This document shows positions 38,200 to 51,370 of a stretch of DNA of 64,000 nt, in pieces; within the stretch, counting starts at the first letter, position 1, and each line of letters starts with the position of its first letter. Made by a program: the position numbers and the translations under genes. Source of the stretch: Octopus sinensis (Eukaryota); contig NC_042997.1 of NCBI RefSeq assembly GCF_006345805.1, positions 153,574,001 through 153,638,000 of the forward strand, read 5' to 3'. The notes beneath the pieces were generated by a model, which searched no databases, was not told where the DNA came from, and saw nothing but the letters and a program-made list of their open reading frames with translations.

Positions 38200-40745
38200 A
38201 AGAAACGAAGATAGCACCAAAGTGGGAGAAGAAAGAATTGAATCTTCTGTTGTGTGCATGGATGGATGCTAGCGGCGATCTGCCAAACAACATCATCACT
38301 GCTCCGTTGAAAGACAATGGCTTTTGTAGAACCATTGATCAGATAGAGCGGAAGAAAAATGTATTCATCCGATCCTATATGCTTATCAGACCACACATTG
38401 ACACCCTGGATGACATTATCGAAAACTATTGTGGCAAGGCTGATAAGGATACAGAAAAGGAAACAAAACCCTTTGATCCAGTGGTTCCTCAAAAGAATGG
38501 ATCCCCTACCCCTGTGAACGACCAGGCAGAAAAGGATACGGGAGCCAAGGAAGAAGCAACCAGAAGCCCCTCTGTACCAGTGATCCTACAAAGGAACGGA
38601 GCCTTCACACCAGTGGACAACCAGAGGAAAGAAATTCCCACCACAAGAAAAAGGACAGATCACGAACACAAACATAAAGTAGGAAAGGGAGAAAAGGGAA
38701 AAGAAAAAAATGAAAATGAAACAACCAAAACCGAAACCCCAACTCATCAAGCAAAAAACAGAAAACCCTATGGATGATCCAATGCAATCTAAATGGAGAT
38801 TGAAAAGAGCCTGCAATAATCCTATATGAGGGAGAAAGCAAACAAAGAAGCCTGGGTTATAAAAAACATTAAATCAAACCCAAAGGCCTTTTTTCATTGC
38901 GTGAAAGAAACAGCCTCAGTACGCTGCAACATAGGATCCCTCTTCCAAAATGATTGCTCCCTCACAGATAGTGCAACCAGGATCAGTGAGATACTGATTG
39001 ACCAGTTCAAAAGTGTCTTTACCACCTCGTTGGAACACAGACAAGTGAACGAAGCAGTGGACTTCTTTGCCGCCTCACCCATAACCAGCTTACGATGGAA
39101 TACATCGACATTAGCGAAGAAGATATACTACTAGCCATAGATGAGGTGGACACAAACTCAACAGCTGGTCCTGATGGTTTCCCAGCAATCCTCCTCATGC
39201 CGTGTAAGCGTTCCCTGGCAAAACTCCTCCAGATTCTCTTCCAGAGCTTTCTTGCAAATGACAGACTGCAAGCAAACTGAAGAAGGGAATATGTCCAATC
39301 CATAAAAAGGAAGCAGAGCAGATGCCAAAAACTATAGGTCTACCTCTCTGACTTCACACATCAGCAAAGTCATGGAATGGATAGTCAGAGGGAAACTAAT
39401 CGCATTTCTTGATGAAAATAACTTGCTGAGTGATACCCAACATGGTTTTTGACCAGGTAGGAGCTGCCTGACTCAGCTCTTACAACATTAAGACTGGGTG
39501 TTGAGGCAGTTACTCAACAACTCAAATATGGACGTAATATACCTTGATTTTGGAAAAGCTTTTGACAAAGTGGATCAGGGTATGATATGCCACAAACTGC
39601 GTGATCTCGGCATAGCTGGAAGACTTGGAGAGTGGTTACATGACTTTCTGAAAGATAAAAGTCAGGCAGAAGTGGCCAATAGAGCCACTTCAATGAAAGC
39701 ACAAATAGTTAGTAGTGTTTCACAGGGCACTATCTTGGGACCACTGTTTTTCATAGTGGCCCTCTCAGATATACCCTCAACTGCCCGGATAGCCACCTTT
39801 GCTAGCTACGCAGACGATACGAAAGTCTCGCAGAAAATACAGAACCCCAGCGATGTTGAGCATCTGCATCAAGAGGTGTACTCAATTTACAGATGGGCTG
39901 AGGATAATAATATGCAGTTTAATGCTGAAGAATTCCAGGCCCTGCGCTACCAGAGTCTAAAACTGAATATGAAACTTATAGGGTCCACTGGTCCACAGGG
40001 AAATTCAATCCCAGAGATTAAATCAGTGAGGGACCTGGGTATCGACATGAGTGATGATACCTCTTCCCAAGTACACATTGCCAGAATGGCGACAAAGTGC
40101 AGACGACTGGCTGGAAGGATCCTAAGAACATTCAGGAAACCATGATGGTCCTCTGGCGGACATTCGTCCTCAGTCGCCTGGATTACTGTTCACAGCTATG
40201 GTCACCCACCAGTGTGAGATTAACAGCGGACCTTGAAGCAATCCAGAGAAGATTCACAAAGAAGATCGTCGCTTTGCAACAGCTCAGCTACTGGGAAAGG
40301 TTGAAACAACTAAGACTCTACTCCCTGGAGAGAAGACGGGATAGGTATGAAGTAATATATATCTGGAAGATCCTGGAAGGAATTGTGCCAAATTTTCGCA
40401 TTGAAAGCTACACCAATGCCAGAACGGGACGACACTGCATAGTGCCAAAGATCCCAGCAATGCCATCACGCTTCAGGACCAGTTACTGCAACAGCCTGGG
40501 TTTCAAGGGCCCACAGCTTTTTGATATTCTCCCAAAGAGTCTGAGGAACTTGCACAAAGTAGATGTAGGGTTTTTAAATCAAAGCTGGACGTCTTCCTGT
40601 CGAGAGTCCCAGATGAGCCTACCTCACGGCAAGAGGTGCAAATGAGGGTAGCTGTATCAAACTCCATTCTTCACCAAGTGCCACATATTAGACGAGGTTC
40701 GTCGCAATAACAGTGTAGCACAAAACGGCGGTGCATCAGTATGGC
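38200..40745 (+). mobile_element. CR1-type LINE with internal deletion: putative ORF1 piece (to about 38790) fused to frameshifted RT and 3' end
   Basis: Reads EKANKEAWVIKNIKSNPKAFF, NYRxxSLTS, YLDFGKAFDKVD, SQGTILGPLFF, YADDTK, RLDYCSQLWSP, SLERRR. The ORF1 identity of 38238-38777 is only positional. Confidence 0.88.
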
Positions 40746-40749
40746 CGCA

Positions 40750-42645
40750 TTATGGTTTCCTTATCTCCGGTTCTGAATGTTCTTAGGATCTAGCCTTTCG
40801 TATCATCTGCATAGCTTGCCAGAGGGGCTATGAGGGCATATCTGAGATGGCCACTATAAAAAGCAGTGCTCCCAAGATAGTGGAACACCGCTCACTATTT
40901 GTGTGTTCATAGAGATGGCTCCATTAGCCACTACTGCCTGACTCCTATCTTTCAGGAAGTCATGTAACCACACTCCAAGTTTTCCAGCTATGCCGAGGTC
41001 ACGAGGTTTGTGGCATATCATACCATGATCCACCTTGTCAAAAGCTTTTGCAAAATCAAGGTATATTACATCCATATTGGATTTATTGAATAACTGCCTC
41101 AACACCCAGTCATAATGTTGTAAGAGCTGGGTCAGGCAGCTCCTACCTGGTCGAAATCCATGTTGGGTATCACTTAGCAAGTTACTTTTTTCAAGGAATG
41201 CGATTAGTTTCCCTCTAACTATCCGTTCTATGACTTTGCTGATGTGTGAAGTCAGAGAGATAGGCCTATAGTTTTTGGCATCTGCTCTACTTTCCCCTTT
41301 ATGTATTGGGCATATTATTCCTTCTGGCACTTTGCCATTTGTAAGAAAGCTCTGGAAGAGAACCTGGAGGGGTTTTGCCAGGGTATGTTTACACGATTTG
41401 AGGAGGATTCCTGGGAAACAATCAGGACCAGCAGTTGAGTTTGTGTCCACTTCATCTATGGCTAGTAGTACATCTTCTTCGCTAATGTCAATATATTCTA
41501 TTGTAACTGCCTCGCTGGTTATAGGTGAGGCGGCAAAGAAGTCCACTGGTTCGTTCACTTGTCTGTCTTCCAACGGGGTGGTAAAGACACTTTTGAACTG
41601 GTCATTCAGTATCTCACTGATCTTAATTGGACTGTCTGTGAGGGAGCCATCCTTTCGGTAGAGGGGTCCTATCTTGTAGTGTACTGAGGCTGTTTCCTTC
41701 GCGTAATGAAAGAAGGCCTTTGGGTTTGATTTAATGTTTTTTATAACCCAGGCTTCTTTGTTTGCTTTCTCCCTCACATAGGATTGTTGCAGCCTTTTTT
41801 CGATCTCTATCATTGTTGTTTTTAGGCGGGACGTTTCGCTGCTTTTGGGATGTTGGTTGAGTCGATTTGCAACCTTCGTCCGTCGTCTCATGAGTATCTT
41901 CCTATCTCTTGGAATCTTGCTCCTATTTGTTTTGGCCTTGTGCTCCGGGACATATTTCTGGCATATGGCTTGCACAGAAGACATGAAACATTCTAGTTTC
42001 ATGTCAGTGTCTGGTGTGGAGAGACATTTCGGCCAGTCCTCTCTGAGGATCTCTTTTTGGATCGATTTCCAATCTGCTTTGTGGAAGCTCAGATTGGAGA
42101 GATTTCAGGTGCTTCCTTTAGGCTGTATGTCTCTGGTTACTTTCGGCCTAAGCATAGACAGCTCTATTATGTTGTGATCCGAGACTAATGTCGGTGTCAC
42201 TTTCACATCATAAATGATGTCCATATTGTTCGTGAAGAAAGATCCAGAATGTTATTCGCCCTAGTTTGTTTGAGTACAACTTGCTCCATGAATAAGGCAT
42301 TGGTGAGGTTGAGCAGGGACTCCACCTGTACTTGCTTGCAATGAGTCATTCCTGAGAGTATGAGACCTTCGGGCCATTTGAGGTTGGAGAAGTTGAAATC
42401 AAACATAAGAAATATGGTCACGTGGTGTTCCAGATTCATGAGGATTTCTTTAATTCTTGTGAGGCAATCTTCAAACTTGCGTATGTGGTTTGGAGCATCC
42501 GGTGGGCAATATGTATTGCATATGACTATATTATGTTGTCTTATGAATACAATTAGAGTGTCACATACCGAATTTGAGTATGACAGTAAGACCTGGGGTG
42601 TGAGGTCATCACGGATGTATACAGCAACTCCACCATGGCTCCTTT
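40750..42645 (-). mobile_element. Second copy of the same CR1-type family: APE C-half plus RT N-half, tail-to-tail with the previous copy
   Basis: [11 protein letters not shown]...FDFNF...TRANNILDL...SDHNII (APE), followed by ORF 40854-42002 with NYRPISLTS, QHGFRPGRSC and YLDFAKAFDKVDH. Confidence 0.93.
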
Positions 42646-42820
42646 CCCTTATAAATATGTATATATATATATATATTATATATATATATATATATAATAT
42701 ATATGTATATATATGTATATATATATGTATATATATGAATGTATGTATAATTTATATATGTATATATATATATATATATGTGTATATATGTGTGTGTATA
42801 TATATATATATATATGTGTA

Positions 42821-42855
<35 letters not shown>

Positions 42856-42860
42856 GTTTA

Positions 42861-42909
<49 letters not shown>

Positions 42910-43250
42910 TTCCATTTTCGTTGAGAATACGTGTGATTTTTTTTGTTCTCCTGAAATAACCAAGAGGAATTGCCTAAATCGACGAAACAATCTGTTAAAA
43001 CTGACAAAAACGTAGTGCTTGTCATTTCATAACTGTCTACTATAATATACCGTTTAAAAAAGCGTAATATATTACACTAAAATTTTAATATAGTACATTA
43101 TTTTTCTTGTGATTTTTGTTTATGTCTATCATTGTTTGAATTACATAATAGTGGTTTTTCTCTAATTTATATATATTATATATTTATATTGTGAAATTTG
43201 ATTTATACTAAATTGAATTTCTCCCTAAAATCATTATTACTACATACAAC

Positions 43251-43292
<42 letters not shown>

Positions 43293-43604
43293 TATATATA
43301 TATTATATATAATATATATATCACTATATATATACATACATAAATATCACTACATATATATATCACTATATATTTACTCATAGACATTTTTATTTTGATG
43401 TATATTTTATACCTTATATTTTATATTTGTCATATACTTGACTTAATAAGTTTGATATATGCATACTAATTCATATTTATAATTTATAATTTGTAATTTT
43501 TAATTCTTAACTTCATAAAGTATGCTTTTTAATTTTTAAGGATTAATTTAATGTTTAATTTAACACTTAGTTTTAAGTTGATGAAAAACTAGATTAACAA
43601 TACT

Positions 43605-43870
43605 TTAAAAAGAACCTGAAGATGTGTTGGTAGAAATTGTAAATCTGATTATAATCTTCCAATACTGGAACACGTGTAGTTTCCGCATAAATGATAATTT
43701 TAATTTCAACTTAAGTAGGAGATAATTAAGGAAGTATATTTTATACCCTGCTGGTATACTGGTTATATCCTTTAAAGTATTATTTCGTGATGTGCAAATA
43801 GATACCATGGGTTTACCTTCAGATATACTCATTAGGTTTTTTTTTTTTTTTATCCTAAATAGAATACCCG
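43605..43870 (-). mobile_element. Possible highly decayed PLE ORF N-terminus
   Basis: NNTLKDITSIP...YFLNYLLLKL..SFMRKL weakly resembles the 22800 fragment. Confidence 0.3.
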
Positions 43871-43937
43871 CATATCAATTAATCTCCAAACTGAATTATA
43901 CCACTATATGTATATCACTATATATATCATTATATTT

Positions 43938-43988
<51 letters not shown>

Positions 43989-44070
43989 GCCCTATATATA
44001 CATCACTTGCATGTGTATCATTATATATTATATAACAAATATATAATATATCTAATATTATATATATATT

Positions 44071-44136
<66 letters not shown>

Positions 44137-44199
44137 ACCATATGTATACCACTATTAATCGTAAATGACCATAACTAGTAAATTTCTCTTTAATTGCAG

Positions 44200-44285
44200 A
44201 TGAATTTCATTTTCTTTTTAAATGTGGTGAGAATACTGTTCACTAAACTTAATGCTGCTAATTCCCCTGAAGCTCAGAAATTTAG
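44200..44285 (+). CDS. Class B1 GPCR exon: second half of TM5-ICL3
   Basis: tttctctttaattgcAG|atg aat...ttt ag|GTAAAG. Translates MNFIFFLNVVRILFTKLNAANSPEAQKF(R), matching NFxxFxNxVRxLxxKL. 86 nt, phase 0 to 2. Confidence 0.96.
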
Positions 44286-44450
44286 GTAAAGGTGTGTAGA
44301 AGATTTTTATATTCTTTAAAACCTATTGGTTCTATTCGATATTGTATGTAATTATGTCATTCATATATTCACGGCTGTTTAAGCAATCATACATGGATCA
44401 ATGCACACATACACTGATACATACTAACTACGTGCTTATATATATATATA

Positions 44451-44670
44451 CTTTATTTAAAGCAGCAGAAAATTCAACAAAACCTGTTACTCTGAGTTTC
44501 CCGTTGCCGTTCATCGGACAGCAAAAACTGTCCGATGAACGGCAACGGGAAACTCAGAGTAACAAGTTTTGTTGAATTTTCTGCTTCCTTAAATAAAGCA
44601 TATTACTCTACCACTGGTATTTGAGTACTCTTTTTTCCACCTTGGTTCACATTTATGTGTTTACTCCGGT
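44451..44670. mobile_element. Foldback mini-element family A (hairpin 44451-44598 plus unique flank) in (TA)n
   Basis: Near-perfect ~70-bp arms surround a caaaaa loop. It has the same architecture and flank as 51151-51370. Confidence 0.92.
44528..44565 (+). ncRNA. Minimal type I hammerhead, U4C core (mirror copy on - strand at about 44484-44521)
   Basis: CTGT, CCGATGA, acg-GCAA-cgg, GAA, ACTC-A-GAGT, A (GUA site), ACA(A/G). Confidence 0.7.
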
Positions 44671-44754
44671 ATATATATATATATATTATATATATATATA
44701 TTATATATATATTATATATATATATATATGTGTGGTGTGTTGTGTATATATATA

Positions 44755-44920
44755 TAGGTCCCGGGTTGAGTCGGGGTTAACCACAGTAAATAAGGTACTC
44801 AATACATAGCAGAGTAAATTAATTTATTTTATAGAAGGAGCTTCTACAGGACTAGAACTGCTTCCTGATGATTTCTTTTGAATGAAACAGTTCTAGTCCT
44901 GTAGAAGCTCCTTCTATAAA
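44755..44920. mobile_element. Foldback mini-element family B, second copy (asymmetric hairpin)
   Basis: The flank is the reverse complement of 23517-23590. The left arm stops after gaactg, so only the + strand holds a full ribozyme. Confidence 0.9.
44860..44908 (+). ncRNA. Type I hammerhead, canonical CUGAUGA core
   Basis: GCTTC, CTGATGA, tttc-tttt-gaat, GAA, ACAG-ttctagtc-CTGT, A, GAAGC. It differs from the 23451 copy only at N7 and loop II. Confidence 0.85.
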
Positions 44921-46526
44921 TAAAATAAAATATATGTTATATATATAATTATACTATATCTATATATATATATACACATATGGGAGACGTGCGCGTGTAT
45001 GTTTACGTATAATTAAACATAAAAATATTGACAAAACAAAAAACACAACGGGTAACTAAAATGAAATATTTATTTTTCGTTATGTTTAAAAGTCTAATTG
45101 ATGTTTCACCTATTGATCATTTTCAAATTGTACTGAATGTCATTTAATCTATATTAATGGTCAGGGTAAATTGAAAAATTTGCGGACATAATCATGAGCA
45201 GTCAGCAAATTTAACAGAGATAAAATTCCGTTATATATATTATTCATGAGAGTAGAAATTACATATGTTCCTAACGTGAAGAAGAGTGGGTGAATTAGTG
45301 TATAAGGGTTTTAAACTTATTATGAAAGAATTCGAATTTATTGATCTTTGCATAACATAAGAAAGTGTTTATATTTGAAAAAGTATTGTGTTGTCAACAA
45401 ATCCTACTAGATATAAATAAAAAAATACACCTTATTCTAAATTAAGATTGAAGTTGTTTTTAAAATAAATACTATATAATTTGTATTTTAGTTAATTAAC
45501 TGTACACTCATTTATATATTGTAATATGACTTAAATTAGGCCTCCTGAAATTCATTAATAGTAGGATCAAAATGTATAATGTATTTCAAAGAAAATAAAG
45601 ATGTTTCTTATTTCATTATTTTATTTTATATGGACTGAATGAATGACATTTCTTAAAGCAAAATTGATAAACTAAAGTTTTGCAAGATAAAAACAAAATT
45701 TTCATAACAAAGCTAAAATATTGTTAGATTAGACATTTTACGTACCTTACACACGAATTCCTCTATATCTCTGTAGGTTCATATTGAAATGATAGTTTGT
45801 TACTGTTATACAACCTTAATCTTTAAACATTTAAGTTTCTGCAAGCACTTCCATTGCTTTCCAAAATCTGAGGTTCTTAATTAGAGTAAAAACTTATCTA
45901 ATATTTTTTTAACTTTCTCGACCGTAATTAACGTAAACAAATCTCAATAAGCATTTTACAAAAAGACACAGCCGAAAAACTGTTACCAATCAAATCCTAT
46001 TCAAAGCATATACCAAATTGAGTTATGAACCCCCTATAAAAATAGAGCATGCTTCAAACACTAATCAGAAGCAAAACAGCTGCGACATAAACTACCTCTT
46101 TCTATTTCCACATTTTGAAAATCAGTTTAAACTGTGAAACTGGTTAAATATAATAATAAAAAATATTTTAACTATTCTCAGTGCATTTTCAACTTCTATT
46201 TTTCCTATATTGCCTTCGAAACACGCTTGAGTCTAACTAGCGACAGCTGATGATTGGGGATTTTTCCTTGTGTAGTATGTCCTGTACTCTGTTTTTCTGT
46301 TGTAAAAAAGATGTTTTTCCCGTTTTCGGTTTCTCGTCCAGTTCCACGTCTCTGTTTTTCTGTTGTAAAAAAATGGATTTTCCGTTTTCATTTCTCGTTG
46401 AGTTCTACGTCTAGTTGTGGTGTCCTGTACTCACGTATATATATTTATATATGCATGTATATATACATGTAGATGTAGGTACGGACATATATGTTTGTAT
46501 GTATGCATATATTTTATTTATTACAC

Positions 46527-46562
<36 letters not shown>

Positions 46563-47156
46563 ATATTAGAAGGTTTGGAGGTGATGTACAGGTATTATAT
46601 TAGAAGAAATAAGGTACTTAGAAATCTGGAAGGTTTTACATTTACAGATTTTTATTAATATGTCACGTGTTTTTATAAGCTTGCTTCTACTCTAGTAGAA
46701 TCTCCAGATTTGAATATATATATATGTGTGTGTGAGAGAGAGAGAGAGAGGGGGGGGATTAGATTAAATCTCCTGCGAGTTAACATGGGATCTCTTAACG
46801 ACAATGTAACCTTCATTTCACTAAAGTATCTTTGGTCTGATGAGTAGCTATTGAAGTAGCCCTCGTTTAGATAATTACTACTTCCGGGGTTCCGCTAGCT
46901 ATGAAACATAAGTAGCATTGATTCTATCCACTCCATTCTATAAATTTAGATTTTTATTCACATACACAGCAATCTAAGTTGCTAACCATAAACTATAAAA
47001 TAACTTTTTCAGTTTCTCGAACTTCAATCTGGGGAAAAGATTTACAACCCTCTACGTCAGTAAACCGCTATTGTTCCTGAAAGTTCTTTTCTGTGCCTTC
47101 CACAGACTGCTCGAAGCTTACTAACTTCTTACACCTTGGTCCTTAGATCTTACTTG

Positions 47157-47194
<38 letters not shown>

Positions 47195-47197
<3 letters not shown>

Positions 47198-47729
47198 CAT
47201 CAAGTTCAGGACATCCCCAACGAGTGAAAAATACGTAAACACATGAGAGATAAGTACAAGAAGTCTAACCCCTCCTTAGTTGTCGATTATTAATTACTCC
47301 CTATTTCGAGCTTTCAGCAACAAGATAGGAAACCTATTTAAAATATAAAATTTTTGGAGAGTTAGAGCTTCGAACGAACCAAAACCGACAAAATGGATGT
47401 AAATTGTAAACTATCGACAAAGACGAACATGAAGGGCCGTTGGGCCAAGACGCATTGTAATGGGTATCGCCTGGGAGAAATTTTGAAAGGATACAGAATA
47501 AATAGAAAATAGAAAAGATAGAGGTGAGATAAATGACCTGTAGTCCCGTGGGAGCAAACAGGCAGAGGAGAAGGGGAGCAAGACAGAGGATGAGGGAAAG
47601 AAATAAAGGGATTGAAGAGAAGGGAGAAGGAACGAAAGACAGTAGGGGGTGACAGAAAGATAGACAGGAGACAGCAAAGGAGGGGAGAAACGGAAAATAA
47701 TGAGGACTATAGCGGGATAGAGAGAAGGA

Positions 47730-47769
<40 letters not shown>

Positions 47770-48085
47770 AGAAAAAAGAAAGAAAGGGAACAGAGAGTAG
47801 AGTCGCAGAAATTATAAATAAATGTAAAAACGTACTGTGGACAAGGCTGCGTGGCTTTCGATTATAAATAAATAGATATAAAATACATCAAGTACAGGAC
47901 ATCACCAACGAGTGAAAAATACGTAAACACATGAGTGATAAGTACAGGAAAAATACCAAAACAGATACAATAAGAACAGAACATCACCAACGAATCCAAA
48001 ATATGTAAACACATAATGAGAAGTACAGGACAAAATACTAAATGAAGTCTAACCCCTCCCCGATTGTCGGCTGTTAATTACTCCG
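47195..48085. mobile_element. Element with imperfect direct terminal repeats around a purine-rich body (pLTR-like), between (TA)n tracts
   Basis: atacatcaagt.caggacatc.ccaacgagtgaaaaatacgtaaacacatgag...gaagtctaacccctcc occurs at about 47195-47300 and, with an internal duplication, at about 47883-48085. Confidence 0.65.
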
Positions 48086-48246
48086 TATATATATATATAT
48101 ATATATATATATTGTATATACATATATATATATATATGTGTGTGTGTCCCCGTATATGTATGTATGTATATACATATACATATATATACATATATATATA
48201 CATTATATATATATATACATATATACATATATACATATATATATAT

Positions 48247-48278
<32 letters not shown>

Positions 48279-48279
48279 C

Positions 48280-48318
<39 letters not shown>

Positions 48319-48353
48319 CACGCACACACACGCACACACATACGCGCACACAT

Positions 48354-48429
<76 letters not shown>

Positions 48430-48477
48430 ATATATATATGTATGTATAAGGGTGGAAAGGACACACGAGTTGATATA

Positions 48478-51120
48478 TATGAAAAAACAAGTCAAAAATA
48501 GAAAACGCTAAGATGATTTTATAGTGAATCTTTCAGTACCGGTTTCGGTCATTTTGAGACCTTTTCAACTGTAACGATTAAATAATTAAAGTTAGAAAAA
48601 TTAGAAGAAAAGTTTTTTAAAAGAATATTTCTGTAGTAGTGTTCAGATATAAGTAGCATTCTGCCTTTCTCTGACTCCCTTGTTTGAATGGTCAGTGGCT
48701 GACAGTAGTCGCAGTTCAATTCAGGAATTGTTTATGGAATTTGCGTAGGCGTTATACTGAAAGACATTAGTGACAAGGTTAAGGGGTGGAAGGTGGAGAA
48801 GTAGAAGAAGAAGAAGATGACGATGTTGATGATGATGATGATGAAGAAGAAGAAGAAGAAGAAGAAGGAGAAGATGGTGGTGATGATGATGACGACGATG
48901 ATGATGATAATGATGATGATGAAGAAGAAGAAGAGGAAGAAGAAGAAGAAGAAAAAACAGAGAAGGGAGAATATGAATGGGTGTAAGTATAGCTTTGATG
49001 GGGCTGATTAGTAATGGATTCTATGGAGTGTAATATTTGTGTGTGTATATATTTCTTTTATTCTAAAGTTGAGGTATATTAATTGTTTGTCGTAGACCCG
49101 TTAAGAAGTGGCTTGTATTTTGTAATAAAGAGATTTTCTTTACTTAATTCGTTGTCTCGAGGTTGTATCGTCCCTAAATTGGTAGAGGGGGAAAATTCTG
49201 AAGTTTGGTGTTTTTTTGTTGGCGCAAGTATCTATGTGTTGGCTAAAAGCTATTTTTCTGTTTTGGGGAATTTTTATCTGGGATCTGTGCAGGGCCATTA
49301 GTTTACGCAAACCATTTTTTGTTCGGCCTACGTACTGCTCTTGACACCCGGAGCAGGTTAGTGAGTATATTAGGTTCTCCGAAGCACATGTGAAGTTGCT
49401 TTTCACTGTAAACCGTTGTCCCTGTTTGAAGGAGAACTCTGATCCCTCAATTAGATAGTCGCATATCCCGCAATTGGGTCTTCCACATTTTTTTACTGTA
49501 CTGTCGCTTCTGTGTTGAAGAGTGAATTCGGGCTTGTGTAAGGAGACTTTTCATGGATCTAGGCTGTCTTTTGCTTTTTATGATCGTGTGTGTTTGGAGG
49601 ATGTGTTCATTCTGTGGTCTTTTTTAGGAGGGGTATGTTGTGGAGGATGGTGTCGAAGGCTTCGTTATTGAGAGGGTTGTGTGTGGAGATGTATGGTAAG
49701 GCTTTTGGTTGTAAGTTTTTCTTTGATTTGGGATGTCTCAGTTCCTTGATGTTAAGTTGAAGGGCACGTTGAATGCACTTGTCAATAAGTGAAGGTGGAT
49801 AGTTCCTGGTGATAAGGGTATCTTTTAGTTCTTGTAGTCGTGTGTCTCTGGTGTTTGCGTTAGAGACTATAGTGCATATCCTTTTTGCTAGATTGAAGGG
49901 GATATTCATCCTGGTGTGTCTGGGGTGGCATGAATTGAATGGAAGATATTGCTTAGAGTCTGTAGGCTATAGTATATGTCTGTTTCTATTATTTATTAGC
50001 TTTCTTAAGAGGATATCGAGGAAGGGAGTTGTTGTTGGCTATTTCCATCGTGAATTTGATGTTTACGTCCAGTCCGTTTAAAATTTTCTGGAATTCTATG
50101 AGTTTTTCTATATTTTTATGCCAAAGGATAAACAGTCATCTAGATATCTCTTCCAGTTGTTTTCTATGTAGATGGAGAAAGGGCTGCCATATCTTTCTAG
50201 AACCTTACGATACAGACTGATCTCTAGGTATCCTATGACTAGGTTGGCAAAGGAGGGGGCCATTCGTGTACCCATCGCAGTCCCCCGAAAATCTCTTTAT
50301 TACAAAATACAAGCCACTTCTTACGGGTCTACGACAAACATTAATATACCTCAACTTTAGAATAAAGAAATAAAATGAAAAATATACATACAACCAAGAT
50401 ATAGAATAAAAATATATATACAAATATAATAATCACACACCATCCATAGAATCCATTACTAATCAGCCCCATCAAAGCTATACTTACACCCATTCATATT
50501 CTCCCTCTCTCTTTTTTTTCTTCTTCTTCTTCTTCCTCTTCTTCTTCATCATCATCATTATCATCATCATCGTCATCATCATCATCACCACCATCATCAC
50601 CACCATCCACTTCTCCTTCTCCTTCTCCGTCTTCTTCTTCTTCTTCTTCTTCTTCATCATCATCAACATCGTCATCTTCTTCTTCTTACTTCTCCACCTT
50701 CCCCCTTAACCTTGTCACTAATGTCTTTCAGTATAACGCCTACGCAAATTCCATAAACAATTCCTGAATTGAACTGCGACTACTGTCAGCCACTGACCAT
50801 TCAAAATACGACCATTAAGGCATTCCAGATTTCCCCACCCCCTCTCCACATCACCTCATTATTCTTCACCTATCCTAGCAAGAACTCAAAACGACCTCGA
50901 ACACACAAGTGCAAACAAGGAGTCAGAGAAAGGCAGAATGCTACTTATATCTGAACACTACTACAGAAATATTCTTTTAAAAAAACTTTTCTTCTAATTT
51001 TTCTAAATTTAATTATTTAATCGTTACAGTTGAAAAGGTCTCAAAATGACCGAAACCGGTACTGAAAGATTCACTATAAAATCATCTTAGCATTTTCTAT
51101 TTTTGACTTGTTTTTTCATA
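48478..51120 (-). mobile_element. Neptune-type Penelope-like element, 5'-truncated, with inverted terminal duplication
   Basis: The minus strand encodes GTAMGTRMAPSFANL, WKRYLDDC, KQYLPFNSCHP, NIPFNLAKRICTIVS, linker CGRPNCGIC and GIY-YIG NLIYSLTCSGCQEQYVGRT...H...H. Arms at about 48478-49140 and 50288-51120 are inverted repeats. Confidence 0.92.
51024..51067 (+). ncRNA. Minimal type I hammerhead, U3-A8 core, in PLE terminus (mirror copy on - strand at about 48531-48574)
   Basis: ttaCAG, TTGAAAA, GGTC-tcaaaat-GACC, GAA, ACCGGT (palindromic stem III), A (GUA site), CTGaaa. Stem I can extend through aatc/gatt. Confidence 0.8.
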
Positions 51121-51150
51121 TATATATATATATATATATATTATTATATA

Positions 51151-51370
51151 CTTTATTTAAAGCAGCGGAAAATTCAATAAAACCTGTTACTCTGAGTTTC
51201 ACGTCCCCGTTCGTCGGACAGTTTTTGTCCGACGAACGGGGACGTGAAACTCAGAGTAACAGGTTTTGTTGAATTTTCCGCTGCTTTAAATAAAGCATAT
51301 TACTCTACCACTGGTATTTGAGTACTCTTTTTCCACCTTGTTTCACATTTATGTGTTTACTCCGGTATAT
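51151..51370. mobile_element. Foldback mini-element family A, second copy
   Basis: Hairpin at 51151-51295; flank gcatattactctaccactggtatttgagtactc...ccggtatata as at 44598-44670. Confidence 0.92.
51226..51261 (+). ncRNA. Minimal type I hammerhead, U4C core (mirror copy on - strand at about 51185-51220)
   Basis: TGT, CCGACGA, ACG-ggga-CGT, GAA, ACTC-A-GAGT, A, ACA. Confidence 0.72.

Noticed and set aside
47420-47460. ATGAAGG-gcc-gttg-ggcc-AAGAC as a hammerhead
   Set aside because: At least three core positions deviate; at best a dead relic.
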